This document shows, in pieces, positions 39,810-53,889 of a stretch of DNA of 64,000 bases. The notes under the pieces were generated by a model that saw only the letters and a program-made list of their open reading frames with translations, searched no databases and was not told the DNA's origin. The number at the start of each line of letters is the position of its first letter. Within the stretch, counting starts at the first letter, position 1. Origin of the DNA: Octopus vulgaris (lineage: Eukaryota); NCBI GenBank assembly GCA_951406725.2, contig OX597815.1, forward strand, positions 99,696,001 to 99,760,000, read 5' to 3'. Position numbers and translations under genes: made by a program.

Positions 39810-40160
39810 ATGGTGGTGGTGACCCCCTTCGGCCAGACACTGACCATGGGTTTGCACATAGAGAGTTACCCTCCGAAGCACAAGTCTGGGCAAGGTTGTT
39901 TTTTTTATGGAAGACCAGCAGTCGCCCATGCATACCGGCCTCCCTCTCCACGTCACCGATGTTGTCCAAGGGAAAGGCAAGGGCCGATACAGCTTGACAC
40001 CTGTGACGTCGCAACTCATTTCTACAGCTGAGTGAACTGGAGCAACGTGAAATAAAGTGTCTTGCTCAAGAACACAACACGCAGCGCGGTCCGGGATTCG
40101 AGCTCACAACCTAACGATCGTAAGCTCAACGCTCTAACCACTGAGCCAAGCACCTTCACG
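39810..40160 (-). mobile_element. tRNA-derived SINE
   Basis: Minus-strand A box tggctcagtggttagagc and B-box-like gctcgaatccc, then gtgttcttgagcaagacactt...ctcagctgtagaaatgagt. Confidence 0.75.
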
Positions 40161-40169
40161 CATATATAT

Positions 40170-40204
<35 letters not shown>

Positions 40205-40239
40205 AGCATATATATATATATATATATACATACATATAT

Positions 40240-40275
<36 letters not shown>

Positions 40276-40328
40276 GTACATACATACATACATACATACA
40301 TACATACATACATACATACATACATACA

Positions 40329-40359
<31 letters not shown>

Positions 40360-40372
40360 GCATATACGTAGG

Positions 40373-41818
40373 TGTAACGTTGATGTTCTGGTGATCTGAT
40401 CAGCGAGCTTTCTTGATTTGCATTGATTTTGTTAGAGTACAGTAGTATTGTATAATGATGAGTTTTGTACTTTTAGTTCTCTACGGAGCTGAAGCTTATC
40501 AAGTTGTCGAAAGTGTATCCCGTTTCAGGAAGCCCTCAATCTCCTCGATAAAACTTTATCAAGAAAACCTTTTCTACAATGGCTCCACACAGACTACGTA
40601 ATTATACTGAAGCAGGAGATCAGTCAATACAAGGCTTTCTATTAGAGTTAAAAGAAATCTTGCAAAGTGTATCATATACAGAAAAACAACGTAACTTACT
40701 AATTCGCGATTCTTTCGTCTCAAGAATAAATTTACCGACCATTCCTCAACGCTTACTTGAGTCTACAGAAGACGACCTAGGACCATTAGATAACATTGCT
40801 TTAACCTTTGAATTAGCCAACGAGGACAACCGCTCTACTAGATACTGTATCATATTGGACCTTTATTTGTTTAGATCATACAAAAGAATTTGGGCTTCCT
40901 CTCAAAAAAGCATATCCTTTTAGTTGAAAACAGACAATTTAACATCCGTGAAGCGTATTTAGTACCTCATGAGTGAGATGGATGCTATTACGAAGTAGAA
41001 GTGTAAACTGTTGAGTCACATGTGTCACCCATTGATTAAAAATGAACGTTTTAAGACTGCACAAAGTGGTAATGTTAAATCTAGACGGTAATAGGGACCC
41101 GATGTTTGTTTGAGTTCCTCATAAGGAATTAATTTGCCAACGTTTAAGTCTGCTACCCGGCGTCGATATGTCTAATCTATCAACGATCGCTACGAAATCC
41201 CGACGAAACCATCGTCATAGACAGTCCATCGAAGGTGAAATCAAGAGAATTTTGAAAGACGATTATTAAATAGGAAAGTAGAAGCACATCATGCGCACGG
41301 TCATTCGCCGTATAAAGAGAGAGAGAATAAGTGAAGACTTTGATTTAACTCTACCAAATCATAAATCGCTTTATTCCTATTTACGCTTATTCTGCTGCTA
41401 ACAGTGGTTATTTATTCAAAAGAATTGCGTTCAGTCATCACATCTCTACTATTGACCTGCAAGAAGCCTAGCCATTGCGCGAATAGGATTTTCATTTGAC
41501 TGCCTTCGAAGTCAGTAACAAACTGTCCGAATTTACTCGCCTGTCATTCGAGTGTACCTATGCTGATGCCATCTTTCAACGCATTATGGATTCATTTATT
41601 CAGGAAGAACACGACTGTAATGTGGTCAAATTCCTGTAGGCAGCTGAGCAAGCCGGCATGCATCTGAAACGGGATACACTTTCGACAACTTGATAAGCTT
41701 CAGCTCTGTAGAGAACTAAAAGTACAAAACTCATCATTATACAATACTACTGTACTCTAACAAATCAATGCAAATCAAGAAAGCTCGCTGATCAGATCAC
41801 CAGAACATCAACGTTACA
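40373..41818 (+). mobile_element. Decayed Gypsy-type LTR-retrotransposon remnant (gag and RT pieces) bounded by about 155-bp inverted repeats
   Basis: gag-like HRL...DQSIQGFLLELK...LIRDSFVSRI...QRLLE (40579-40830). RT-like STIDLQEA, TAFEVSNKLSEFTRLSF...AIFQRIMDSFI and EHDCNVVKFL (41444-41670). 40373-40528 is the reverse complement of 41664-41818. Confidence 0.8.
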
Positions 41819-41848
41819 CCTACGTATATGCATATGTATGTATGTATG

Positions 41849-41880
<32 letters not shown>

Positions 41881-42040
41881 TGTATGTATGTATGTATGTA
41901 TGTATGTATGAATGTATGTATGTATGTATGTATGTATGTATCTATCTATATATCTGTCTATATATATATGTAGGTCCCGGGTTGAGTCGGGGTTAACCAC
42001 AGTAAATAAGGTACTCAATACATAGCAGAGTAAAGTAATT

Positions 42041-42166
42041 TATTTTATAGAAGGAGCTTCTACAGGACTAGAACTGTTTCATTCAGATGAAATCTTCAGG
42101 AAGCTTCCTGAAGATTTCATCTGAATGAAACAGTTCTAGTCCTGTAGAAGCTCCTTCTATAAAATA
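42041..42166. repeat. Perfect 126-bp palindrome with a hammerhead-like core in each arm
   Basis: Axis in aagctt (42103/42104), no mismatches. The right arm reads CTGAAGA (42108-42114)-tttcatctgaat-GAAA-cagttctag-TC. Confidence 0.9.
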
Positions 42167-42186
42167 TATATATATATATATATATG

Positions 42187-42290
<104 letters not shown>

Positions 42291-42384
42291 CAGATCAAGT
42301 GCCATACTGTTCTGTTTTTGTTCCCAGCTTTGACCCTCCATAAAATCCAAAAGTGAGGACAACCGACAACTGATATATGTATGA

Positions 42385-42423
<39 letters not shown>

Positions 42424-42444
42424 TATATACATATATACACATAC

Positions 42445-42515
<71 letters not shown>

Positions 42516-42561
42516 AATTATAAGTATATGAAAGAATGGAGTTGAACGACTAGTTAACAAA

Positions 42562-42640
42562 TATCATATGTTTCGAAGGCTGCATATTCCTATTTCCGAA
42601 GGAATAAGGAGTACATTATGCAGATTTCTCATCAGGAAAA
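42562..42640 (-). ncRNA. Degenerate hammerhead motif with long stem II
   Basis: CTGATGA (42635-42629)-gaa-at-ctgcata...tatgcag-cc-ttc-GAAA-catatg. Stem III is palindromic, but the cleavage triplet and stem I are broken. Confidence 0.5.
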
Positions 42641-42838
42641 TCAAGGAACTTATGTCGACATCAAAATGCACAAAAAACTTTTAGCTGACCGCTCTCAAGG
42701 AGCCCATGACGTAGCTTCAACCGTGTTCTTTCTGATGTGAATTTGCTACCCAGGTATCGGTTATCTTTCGAATTATCCTTAATAAGATAATTCATTCAAT
42801 TACTCAAATATATATATATATATTCATTCATATATACT

Positions 42839-42874
<36 letters not shown>

Positions 42875-43466
42875 TATATATTATTTATATTATTATTTAA
42901 CTGAACGCCACGCATCCATTTCCAAGTATATATATGTGTGTGTGTGTGTGTTTATACATATGCATATATATGTTTATACACATACATTTATATTTTTACA
43001 CATATACATAGATATGTATATTCATATCCATATATACATGCCTACGCACACGAATATATATGTAGGGCTCCAGATGAGCCTACCTCACGACAGGAAACAT
43101 AGATGGGGGCTGTATATCAAACTTCCCCTTTCACCTAATACTACATATCAGAAAATGTTTCAGATAATGTTATACCGCATCCAACGGTGGTGCCTAAAGC
43201 TGAAGCAGTTTAGAGAATTAAAGAATACATACATACATACATATATACATACATACATACATACATACATACATACATACATACATACATACACACATAC
43301 ATATATGCAACCGTGTGTGGAGATGTTTGCGTGGGTGTGTTCAAGCACGTGGAGAGATATATATGCATTTCAATATACGTATATACATGAATGCATACAT
43401 ACATATGTGTATGTGAGTGTGCCAGTGTGTTTATGTGTGTGTGTGTGTGTATAAATTTGTATATGT

Positions 43467-43518
<52 letters not shown>

Positions 43519-43525
43519 CCACAAA

Positions 43526-44664
43526 CACAGATGACAGAAGAAAATAGATACCCCATAAAGCATCGGTTTTTGTTAATTTTAACTTGAAAAGGTTTGTGTT
43601 TTTTTATTAATTAGTATTTTTATATTTCAGGTTCTGTATGTGATTGTTTAATTATGCCACGTAGAAAACGAGCCTTGAAACACTCTTAATTTCAAAGATG
43701 CCATATTGCGGGTCAATAAAAAGGTAGACTTAATCAGCGTAAAATGGCAGGAAAATTTGTGATTCTGCTTTCTTCAGCTAATAGAATGATGGTGCAATTC
43801 ACCAGAAAGAAGGAATCCACATCACCTCGCCCAGGTTTGACAGGACCCTTCGCTTTTTGAAGAGAAGTGTGGAGGATAATCTTTGTTGCAAGGCCTCCGA
43901 CATAGCAGAACAAGTTCATTACTATGGCAGAGCTGCAGAAGAAAGCAATAACCCCGATCAGCCAATATCAAGTGGAGGATAGATTAAGCCAGTGGGATGG
44001 GGGAGAGGCCACTACCATTTTGGGAGACTGTTATATTCTCTGCTGAGTCCAGATTTGATTTATTTTCTGACAGTGGTCGAGTGTGGGTTTGGAGATTCTG
44101 TGATCAAGAATTTGACAGTAAAAGATTGCAGCCTACAATGAAACACGGTGGTTATTCTGTGATGGTCTGGGAGCAATTTGGAGCAATGTGGATCAGAGCT
44201 GGTGGAGTGTGAGGGGAAGATAAATATATGTCCATATTGCAGAAAGAACACCTTCTAATCATCTCTAGTGATGAACTGATTAAAGAAAGCAATTTATTTG
44301 TAGAAGATGTGGCACCTTGATCCAAGCTTCCATGGTCAAACCAGTGAGCAGATATGAGCCCTATTGAACACCTCTGGGGAATAACGGACAGGATATTTCG
44401 TAAAAAGAACAAGAAAACATTCCCAAAGCGAGATCTTTTAAGATTACTGCGTGAAATTTGGCAAGAAATTCCTCAAGAGAATATTCGACATCTGATCAGT
44501 AGCATGCCTATTAGGTTCCATTCATTGAAAAATGCAATAGGTATGTCTCCTAAATATTAGATATTCACATTATAATAACTAACAAATAATTTGAATGTAT
44601 AATTTCAGATTAAAATAAATTTTAACGATTATAAGGCTGTCTATTTACTTCTGTCATGTCTCTG
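43526..44664 (+). mobile_element. Decayed Tc1-family DNA transposon
   Basis: [15 protein letters not shown]...RVWVWR...[13 protein letters not shown] and DMSPIEHLW. TIR-like ends atgacagaagaaaatagata / tgtctatttacttctgtcat...ctg-TA. Confidence 0.85.
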
Positions 44665-45070
44665 TATATATATGCGGGTATATATCACAATAATATAGAC
44701 TATATACTTGCGTATATGAACAGATGAAAAGTACGCATCTACTCATATATATACGGAGTCAGATACGTATGTATATATGCATGGGTGTATGTTTCTATGT
44801 ATTTATGAACTGATCAATAAAGTGATAAAATGAGGGGTAGATCAGTCCCTGTCAAATAGCAATTTGTTGTATTGCAGCTTGTTTCCTAAAATATATGATC
44901 TCACACTAAGTCATAACAGCTACGAAAACATATTACTGTTTCTTGGCTCATAGTGTGAAATTGAATTTGGCAGGCATATAATATCAAGTTATAAGAATGA
45001 TGACGGTAGTATCTATAATGCATATGCTAGCCATAACTGCTCGGGAAACAGACGAATAATATATGTGACG

Positions 45071-45157
<87 letters not shown>

Positions 45158-45377
45158 TGTGTGTATGCATATATATTGTTTTTCTTTCCAATATACATAT
45201 ATATACTTATATATGTTATATATATTTATATATATCTTCGATGTATTTATTTAATATCTATATATGCATGTAGTATATAGATGAAAACGAAGGAAAATAT
45301 CAAATAAGCATGTCTTAAAATATTAAGTAATGGTACAGACGTTAAGAGGAATGCATTTGTGCATGCGTCTATATCTA

Positions 45378-45411
<34 letters not shown>

Positions 45412-45657
45412 TATTTGTATGTGCGTACGTAAGATTAGTGGTATGCGCATATCATTACATGCATGTGTAGTCGTATTTCTATCGCATTATATTGCACTTT
45501 TCTACGCAATATTGTGTACTGGGATAGAGCCGAATTGAATCGAATATTTGAATTGATAGGAAACTGTCTCTTGTATTCGCGTATCTTACACTGCTTACAC
45601 CCAAGCAACACCTTTGTTCGTTTAGGCAGAAACATCTCTTCGCTTCCTCGCTCTTTC

Positions 45658-45693
<36 letters not shown>

Positions 45694-45760
45694 CATATAT
45701 ATATATATAAATACATATATATATATATGTGTATGTATATGGCTATATATGGATATATAT

Positions 45761-45902
<142 letters not shown>

Positions 45903-46725
45903 TTCTCTCTCTCTCTCACTTTCACTTTCTGTCTTTCTCTCTAAAGAAATATCTACAATTACTTAAGCTAAATGAATAACTTTTCTTTAGAGCTAATATT
46001 GTCTCGATCAGATAGTAGTCACTAGAATGAAAGCAAATGATGTATAAGGCCGTTTTCTGGCGCCACCAACAACCGTAATTCAATGATAATTTAAATACAA
46101 GGTAAAAACTCAATAACAATGATAAAAGAATATCTAAACACAAAAATATAAAACAAAGCTGGAAGACAAAGACAAAGACAGAAAGAAAAAGAAAAGAAAG
46201 AAAAGAAATCAAAAATTAGCTTACAAGGAAAAATAATTTAGTATATTCCATGGGTTCATATATTCACGCACGAATATATATGTGTAATTATCGTGGGAAT
46301 AACAAACCTGAAATTTCCTCTCAATAATCTTCAATTGTATTTCATAAATATGAAAACAAAAGCTAGAAATAAAAACTACGTTACTCTTTTAAAGTGTAAA
46401 GAGAGAAGACTTCTGTTTCAATCTGTCTAATTTACTACAGAGAAACTGTGTTTGGTCGGGAGATACTTTGCTACATTTCACACAAAATGTTGCTTTCTCT
46501 CAAATGAATAAAGTTGCTTGCCACTAGCAAATCCTACACTTTCTTCATTCGATAACTTTTGCTAATATGCTCCGTATACACATTCGCGCACACACGCAGA
46601 CACTGACACAAAGACATACACTCATGAATACACATATATTTGCACGTGCATATGTGTGCACACACACACACACATATATATATATGCACACATATCTACA
46701 CGTGTGCGTGTCTGTGTGTGTATAT

Positions 46726-46780
<55 letters not shown>

Positions 46781-46846
46781 TATATATAAATATATATATA
46801 TATGCATTTATACATATATGCATATATACATATATAAATATATATA

Positions 46847-46897
<51 letters not shown>

Positions 46898-46906
46898 GCG
46901 TGTGTA

Positions 46907-46966
<60 letters not shown>

Positions 46967-47762
46967 CATATGTATTTATATACATATATACGGTCATGTA
47001 AATTCGAGCTGAAAAATGATAGTAACTTAATGTAGATATAAATAATAGAAAAAATATGAGCGTATGTACGAGGGTGTGTTTGCATGTTGTATTGTTCATG
47101 TGTGTGTTTATGTGTAACCACCAACCTCTATTATTTATGATCATAAAGAAATGTATAAAAAGCGAGAGTAGTCATCAATGAAATCAACGAAAATATTTTG
47201 GCAAATATGGAGCCATTTTTGTGGTAAAGTTTATCAAATGAATACCAAGAAAATAGATGAAACAAAAATGCAGACATTTTAATTCCTCTGACTGCTAAAA
47301 TAAAATAAGTATATGTATATAGTTTGTGATTCGTAACTCCCGAATTTCCTTGCCTAAAGCCTTCATTCTTTGTTTTGTTTCATTCTTAGCCATTTGACAT
47401 CGAAGTGCATCATGTACTGCATTGTTCCGTGATGTGGTAATATACGAATCACGCGATGCCGAGTACGATTCTTGTATTACGCACCTTGAATATGTTATAT
47501 CAACGTTACGGATAAATTATATCATATATCTGTTTTTGTTCTTGAGTGGTAATTTTAAACCAAACCCCGACCCTTCAACACCTTGTCAGTTCTGCTGCAA
47601 TCATTTCAATAATTCAAAGTCTTGTTTTTGTGGCGAAGAAGTTCTCTTCGCAACAGAGGTGAGTTGGAACTCAAGTCTCACTGCATGGCATCTTTGGTAT
47701 GTATTTCTTACTAAAACATCGGCCTTGTGAGCGGATTTGTGTATGTGTTTGTGATTGAGTGA

Positions 47763-47810
<48 letters not shown>

Positions 47811-47949
47811 TTGTATGTGTGTGTGTTTTCCTTATCGCTTGAAGACGGGTGTTGATTTGTTTACGTCCGCGTTAACTAGCGCTTCAGCAAAAGTACCAGA
47901 CCAGACTGAAAAGAAAAATAAGTACTGAGGCCAATTTGTTCGACTAAAA

Positions 47950-48200
47950 TCCTTCAAGCTCAAAGTGCAACATCCCCTCAAAATTCCAACAAACACACAA
48001 TTTGACCTTCTGTCCTAACCGCCCTTTTTGTGACAACAGGTTCTGAAACCCGAATGGAATGAAGCCACTTATTTCTGTCATTAGAATTACGAAAACAATT
48101 CCATTTTTCACCCCCGGATACATTTCGATGTTTTTCCAGCACTTCTTTGCAAATGTTCGTACGTCGTTGAACCTGGTCATTGGCCAGTTCAAGAAGAATT
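47950..48200 (-). pseudogene. Old mariner transposase fragment
   Basis: QKVKLCVCWNFEGMLHFEL resembles mariner KVMLCVWW..G..HFELL. Confidence 0.55.
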
Positions 48201-48825
48201 TCTTGGCAGCGTTTTTTTTTTCACATTTTCTTTAAGTACTTGATTCTTCAGATGGTACAAAAGCCCACATAATAGCATTGTAAATGCAATCTCAAGAAAG
48301 AATAACTCTGAAAGCTATATTCTTTGACTTTGTGAGTTATGTATTTTTTTTCATTTTACGTTAAGAAATAAGAAAGCTTGACTATGGAACAAAACTAACG
48401 ACAGTATTTATGTTATTCATTCTGCTACAGTATGTCGGTAAAGTTTTGACAAATTTTAACATGTATATTTGAGAAAAAATATTATAAAAACGCCTTGCCC
48501 AAAACCTTGTTATTCTATTGTTGTCCATATATGCATGTGCTTCTATTAAGCAGAGGATAATGAAAATATCTGAAGCACGTGCGTTAAATGACTGGGGATA
48601 AACAAAATAATCAAACTACCCTGACACCAAGACCACCACCACTAGACTCATATTAAATTATTTACCAATCAAGATTATTTCTATTTCTATTATCTAGCTT
48701 GCTAAATGTATATCTATCTATCGACAAGTATATGTATTCATATTCATATATAATTGTAGATCGTCACAGAACGACCGACTACCTTCTAACTATTTATCTA
48801 TGTATCATATCTGCCTTTCTTTCTG

Positions 48826-49435
48826 TACTTACTTGTACTTGTGGCGACATTCACCCTGGGTGGGTTGAGTCGGCTTCTTCTACCACCCTCGAGGCATCTC
48901 GAACCATGGCAGCCCACGCACGACGGTCCTGAGCCAGTTCACTGGAGATAGCGAGCCAGTCACGGTTCCATCGGCGCAGGCCGACCACCTGTGGTCCCGT
49001 GAGTACGGAGATGTCCTCCTTAAACGTCGTAACCCAGGTCTTCAGCTGCCCGCCCGCGCGTTTCCGCCAGTTGGGAAGTGGAGTTGGGAGAAGGATATCA
49101 CGGCTCAGTTCACCCACCGAGAGTTCATGGAAGAAGTTTCGTGGGAATATGTGGATTTCACAAGTGGTCCCCAACAATCTCGCATGTAGAGACATCCTGT
49201 TTACCGGAGATTGTCCGCAGACGCAGGGACAGAACGACCGAGGAGCCGCTGGTTGCCGAAACATACACTCCGAGGATTTTCTGCCGGGTTGTGGCCCTAA
49301 TACCACTCAGTGTCAGACCAATCCGCCTTGGGTGGCCCTACCAGGAATCGAAGTTCCCGACGGCATAGCTCTGACACTACCCGTTGCCAGCGTCCCCACC
49401 ACAGTGAGGAGGGAATGGACTTTGTCGGTGGATGC
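48826..49435 (-). mobile_element. Internally deleted RTE-clade element (5' UTR joined to ORF 3' end and tail)
   Basis: ORF end WRKRAGGQLKTWVTTFKEDI...ELAQDRRAWAAMV, with tail acaagtacaagtaagta. The 5' part gtggtggggacgc...gagctatgccgtcgggaac...ctggtagggccacccaaggc resembles RTE 5' UTRs as I recall them. Confidence 0.7.
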
Positions 49436-49709
49436 ATCTGTTTTTATCTGCTATTAGGTTTAGGTATTTAAACCGAATAACATATACCAACAGTATAAAG
49501 GCAGTGCTGTATCATGGTCATATCCTTTAGGCTGGAACGTGTAAAAGAGCAAAATCCACAGCTATTTGTTAGCTAAGGTTATTTCATATTCATTTAACTA
49601 CCTAGCGATATATCTCGCCCCTCATCTTTCTATTTTCTAATCGTCGATGTATTTATCCAGGTGGATATGTAGATACATCGTGGTCCCCTTCCTTTCGGTA
49701 AACATACTT

Positions 49710-49774
<65 letters not shown>

Positions 49775-52699
49775 GACACACATACAAAGACGTACACGCG
49801 CACGCACGCACACACGCTAACTCTTTGCGTCTACTTCTAACTCTACCATATTTCTGCGCAAACTCTTTCCATTTCGTTCACTTATTCTTTACTATCACTT
49901 CAACTAGCGATTTAACAATACGATAATACAATAGCAATCCATTTCTCCTACCTCTTGTCACTAGCATTCTTCTTACTCATTTTGCCTCCTCTTCAACTTG
50001 CGGGTTAAAATTTAGACGATAGGATCTATTGCAGCAGTAATGTGAATTCATTACATTTTTATATACGGGATATAAAATGTAAGAGACCAGTTTTTATTTG
50101 ATCCAATCATCTTTCATCATATTCAGTAATTATTTAATCTGAAGACAAAAGAAAGACATGAACATATCTGAAAATGTACAGGGAACTAAAACGTCATGTA
50201 TATGTTGATCCTAACGCTATATCGTTTCTTTTCCTTTCAGCTGACCGCCACTAACTGTCGGGATGATGATAGTGAGGAGGTGGTGGTGGTGATGGTGGTG
50301 ATGGTGGTGGTGGTGGTGGTGGTGGTGGTGGTGGTGGTAGTGGTGGTGGTGGTGGTAGTGGTGGAAGGAGGAGGTGGGGGAGGATGGGAGGAGGTGGGGG
50401 AGGAGGAGGAGGAGGGGGGAGGAGGAGGAGGAGGAGGAGGAGGAGGAGGAGGAGGAGGAGGATAGATAGATATGCCGCAAGTTGCTGATGATAGGAATGG
50501 TAAAAATTTCGAGGATTCTGATTAAGAAGAATGATATGGCTGCGATGATAGTTATGTTGTTGTCATCTCATTTTGCTCAAGCTTTGTTCTGATCCAGTAG
50601 ACCTATGATCAAAGATGGTACAGGCCTGTCCATCCAACCATTTCTCATTAAGCTACAACAGCAAGTTAATGTGGTATGACGTAGAGGTGGTGCTCGGGAA
50701 AGTTTGCCAAGTATAGTTTGTAGGTGCACTTTAGTGAGTGCAGGTATTTGGGTGGATGATCAGGGGATCAGTAAGTGTAGATGGTGCGGGTGATTAACGT
50801 GTGGAGGTCATGAGAAGGATGTGAAGGAGTTTTAGGCTATTTTGGGTGGGTATTGAAGATGAATAAGAATAGTTAGTGAGGATCGATGGAAGGCGAGTAT
50901 AGTTTGTGAATGTGGTTGAATGAATGTCGTTAGTGAGGTGAATCGCGAGAAGGACAGTGAGGACTGCTAGGTCTCTGTTTCAGTTGGCTATCGACTTCTC
51001 CTGGCGATTCACTGCCTACAAAGAGTGTGGAAGTTTCACCGTAAAATTTCAGGTCATTTTCATTGAAGTTGAAATCCTGGGAATAGATGTGACCTAATAA
51101 CTGAACCTTTTGGGTCTGTTCATTATCAATATATGAGATGGATTTTAAGAAAGTTACTAGATATATATTATGATACAAGTTCCGATATTATTTAATAAAA
51201 TATAATTTTAAAATAGCTATTAATTCCTCCTTAACTGAAGGATGAAGATAAATATGTGCCAGTTAGAGCACAATTTGAAATGTGGTGAATTATTTGAAAA
51301 TGAGGTTTATTATGTTGAGAGAATATAGTCCTGAATATGGGGACGAATGTTTTTTGAGGTATTTGCAAATGTTTAATAGAGCGTAAATGTCAATACTTTC
51401 AAGAAAGTTTTGTAGTTAAGTGGAAGGGATGACTTAGTAATTGTTTCAGAAAATATACATCCACCTAAATGCTAAACCATGTCCAATTATAAATTCTAAA
51501 ATGAAATGTGGTAGAAGTAGGACTGCTTCTGCACTTAAGTGTTTTTCTGTTTGTATAGTGATGAAAATAACGGTAAAAAATCTTTTAAAGTTATTTTTAT
51601 TCTAATTCTTTTTTTTTTATTTCTTATTAAGGACCAAATAATCATTAAGCACGTACACACGATCAAAGATGGTTACGTTGAAACAAACTTGTCTTTTGTT
51701 TACAAAAATAATGTATCTAAAGCAACATTCAGCAACATGCCCTGCGTTTTTAAAGATGGTAGAGCGTGGTTTGAATAATATATGGCTACTGTTGCAAGCA
51801 AATCTGTGGAATACATAGGGTCATGTTCTCGTTGTCATTATTCATAAATGACTGTAGTTGATAATGATACTGTTGTCATTTTTCTTTTTGCTGCTGCCCT
51901 TTTGTTATTTCTAGCACCTCCAGTGACCACATAAATGTTATCCAGTTGTTTCTTAAATATGTATTTAGCAAATGGGAAAAGGTTGAACATGATAAAGAAT
52001 GAATTATAGGAATAAGGTCGCTCATTTCACTTATGATGATTGATTTCATCAAGTAAATATTATGATTGATTTCATTGATGTGTAACGTCTATGATATTTT
52101 ACAAGAAACGGAGAAGAAAGTTAATAGCAAATCGGAAATCTGGCCTGAATGCCTGCACTAGAGTGGATTCCGCCAATGGCAAAGAGAAGGAAGATGCCAT
52201 GTAGTCTCCTTCAACAAAATTCCGCATGTAAAGCATTTCTCAACTAATAGCTATATTCGGAGATTCTTACCGAAAGTCCCGAGTAAGAGACCAACGTAGA
52301 GCTACGTATTCTTTAAATTTATGCCAATACTTTCCTCGCTAGTATTTCATTCTAAATGTATAACAGGCACTGTAAATCCAAATTAGATTCTCTTTGCACA
52401 GCATCTTAGCCAAGCCTTCCACAAAGAGCATTGTGTGTATATGGCGCTTGTTTGACAAAAGTTTGGCGAAAACTCTTCATTAAATATGGTCACAAAGTTT
52501 TAACCTGTTTTACTAAAGTCTACCTCAGACTGAAGAATAACTGCTTTATGTTTCTATGTTGTCCTTACAGGAAGCTCTGCACCATTCCAATATGCCTCAT
52601 TTAGTTATAGTCAGGAGTGAGAGGGAGAGGAGAATAGTATCTTCCCCAGGAACGTAGTCAGCACACGCTTACGAGAAATTATTCAATATTAAAATCGGT

Positions 52700-52885
52700 T
52701 TAAACTTTTGACATTAGGCCAGGAATTTCGGAGGGGACAAATCGATTACATTAACCCCTGTGGTCAACTGGTGCTTATTTTACCGATCTCGAAAGGATGA
52801 AAGGCAAAGTCGACTTTGAACTCAGAACATAAAGACGGACGAAATGCTGCCGAGCATTTTCCCGGATGTGCTAACGATTCTTCCA
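52700..52885 (-). mobile_element. SINE (14813 family)
   Basis: cgaaaggatgaaaggcaaagtcgactttgaactcagaac. Confidence 0.7.
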
Positions 52886-53015
52886 ATATAAATATTGATC
52901 AGTTTGGTGTTGTTTATATAGAATTAGAAGCTCGCTTGTTAACTCAGAATAACCAGCTTCTAAACTCTATAACCTACTGATAAATTAGAGATCTTTATAT
53001 TATAAAATATTATAT

Positions 53016-53054
<39 letters not shown>

Positions 53055-53123
53055 GCACTCAGAAATATATATATATATATACACACATACACAAATATAT
53101 GTATATATAATATATATATGTAA

Positions 53124-53503
53124 TCTCTCTCTATATAAACGGCAGTTTGTCTGTGCGTGTTTCTGTGTGTCTGTTTGCTTGTACCCTCACTCTGACCACG
53201 GCTTTCAACCGATTCTGATGAAACTTGACACACACATAGCCCAATGTCATAATTCAAAACTAACGCAGCGAAAAGTTTGAAAAGTTCCCCCAGTTCTGAA
53301 AAAAATTGATAAATTCGACATGGGGTCGAGAATCAGAAACACAAACCGCAAACTGTCTAGGGGACGCAACTCCACCTTTTTTAACTAAAAAAAAATTACC
53401 ATCAGTTTTTTCCATCTTTTTGCTGTTTTTTGGCTATAACTCTCTAAAATGCTTTATAGTTATTTCCCTTACAAACGTGAGCAACGCCGGGCGATACTGC
53501 TAG
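53124..53503 (+). mobile_element. Non-autonomous Helitron
   Basis: Begins A|TCtctctctatata and ends with GC-rich gagcaacgccgggcgatactgCTAG|T. It has 5' TC, 3' CTAG, insertion between A and T, and no TSD. Confidence 0.8.
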
Positions 53504-53509
53504 TATATG

Positions 53510-53557
<48 letters not shown>

Positions 53558-53646
53558 GCACTCATAAATATATATACACACACATATAAATAACTATATA
53601 TAATATATATATACGTAATATATTTAATATATATAATATATATATA

Positions 53647-53688
<42 letters not shown>

Positions 53689-53889
53689 CATACATACATA
53701 TATGTGTGTGTGTTTGTGTATGTGTACAACTGTTGGTTCACCAATTACAAAATTCAATGCGCAGATGTACTGGAGTACTCTTTAAAGTATTATAACCTAA
53801 AATCGCCCAACTGGTGATTTTCATCTGATCTTTCAGATAATCATCCGGACCTTTCTCATATTTGATTACATTCTTTCATTCTTTTATTC

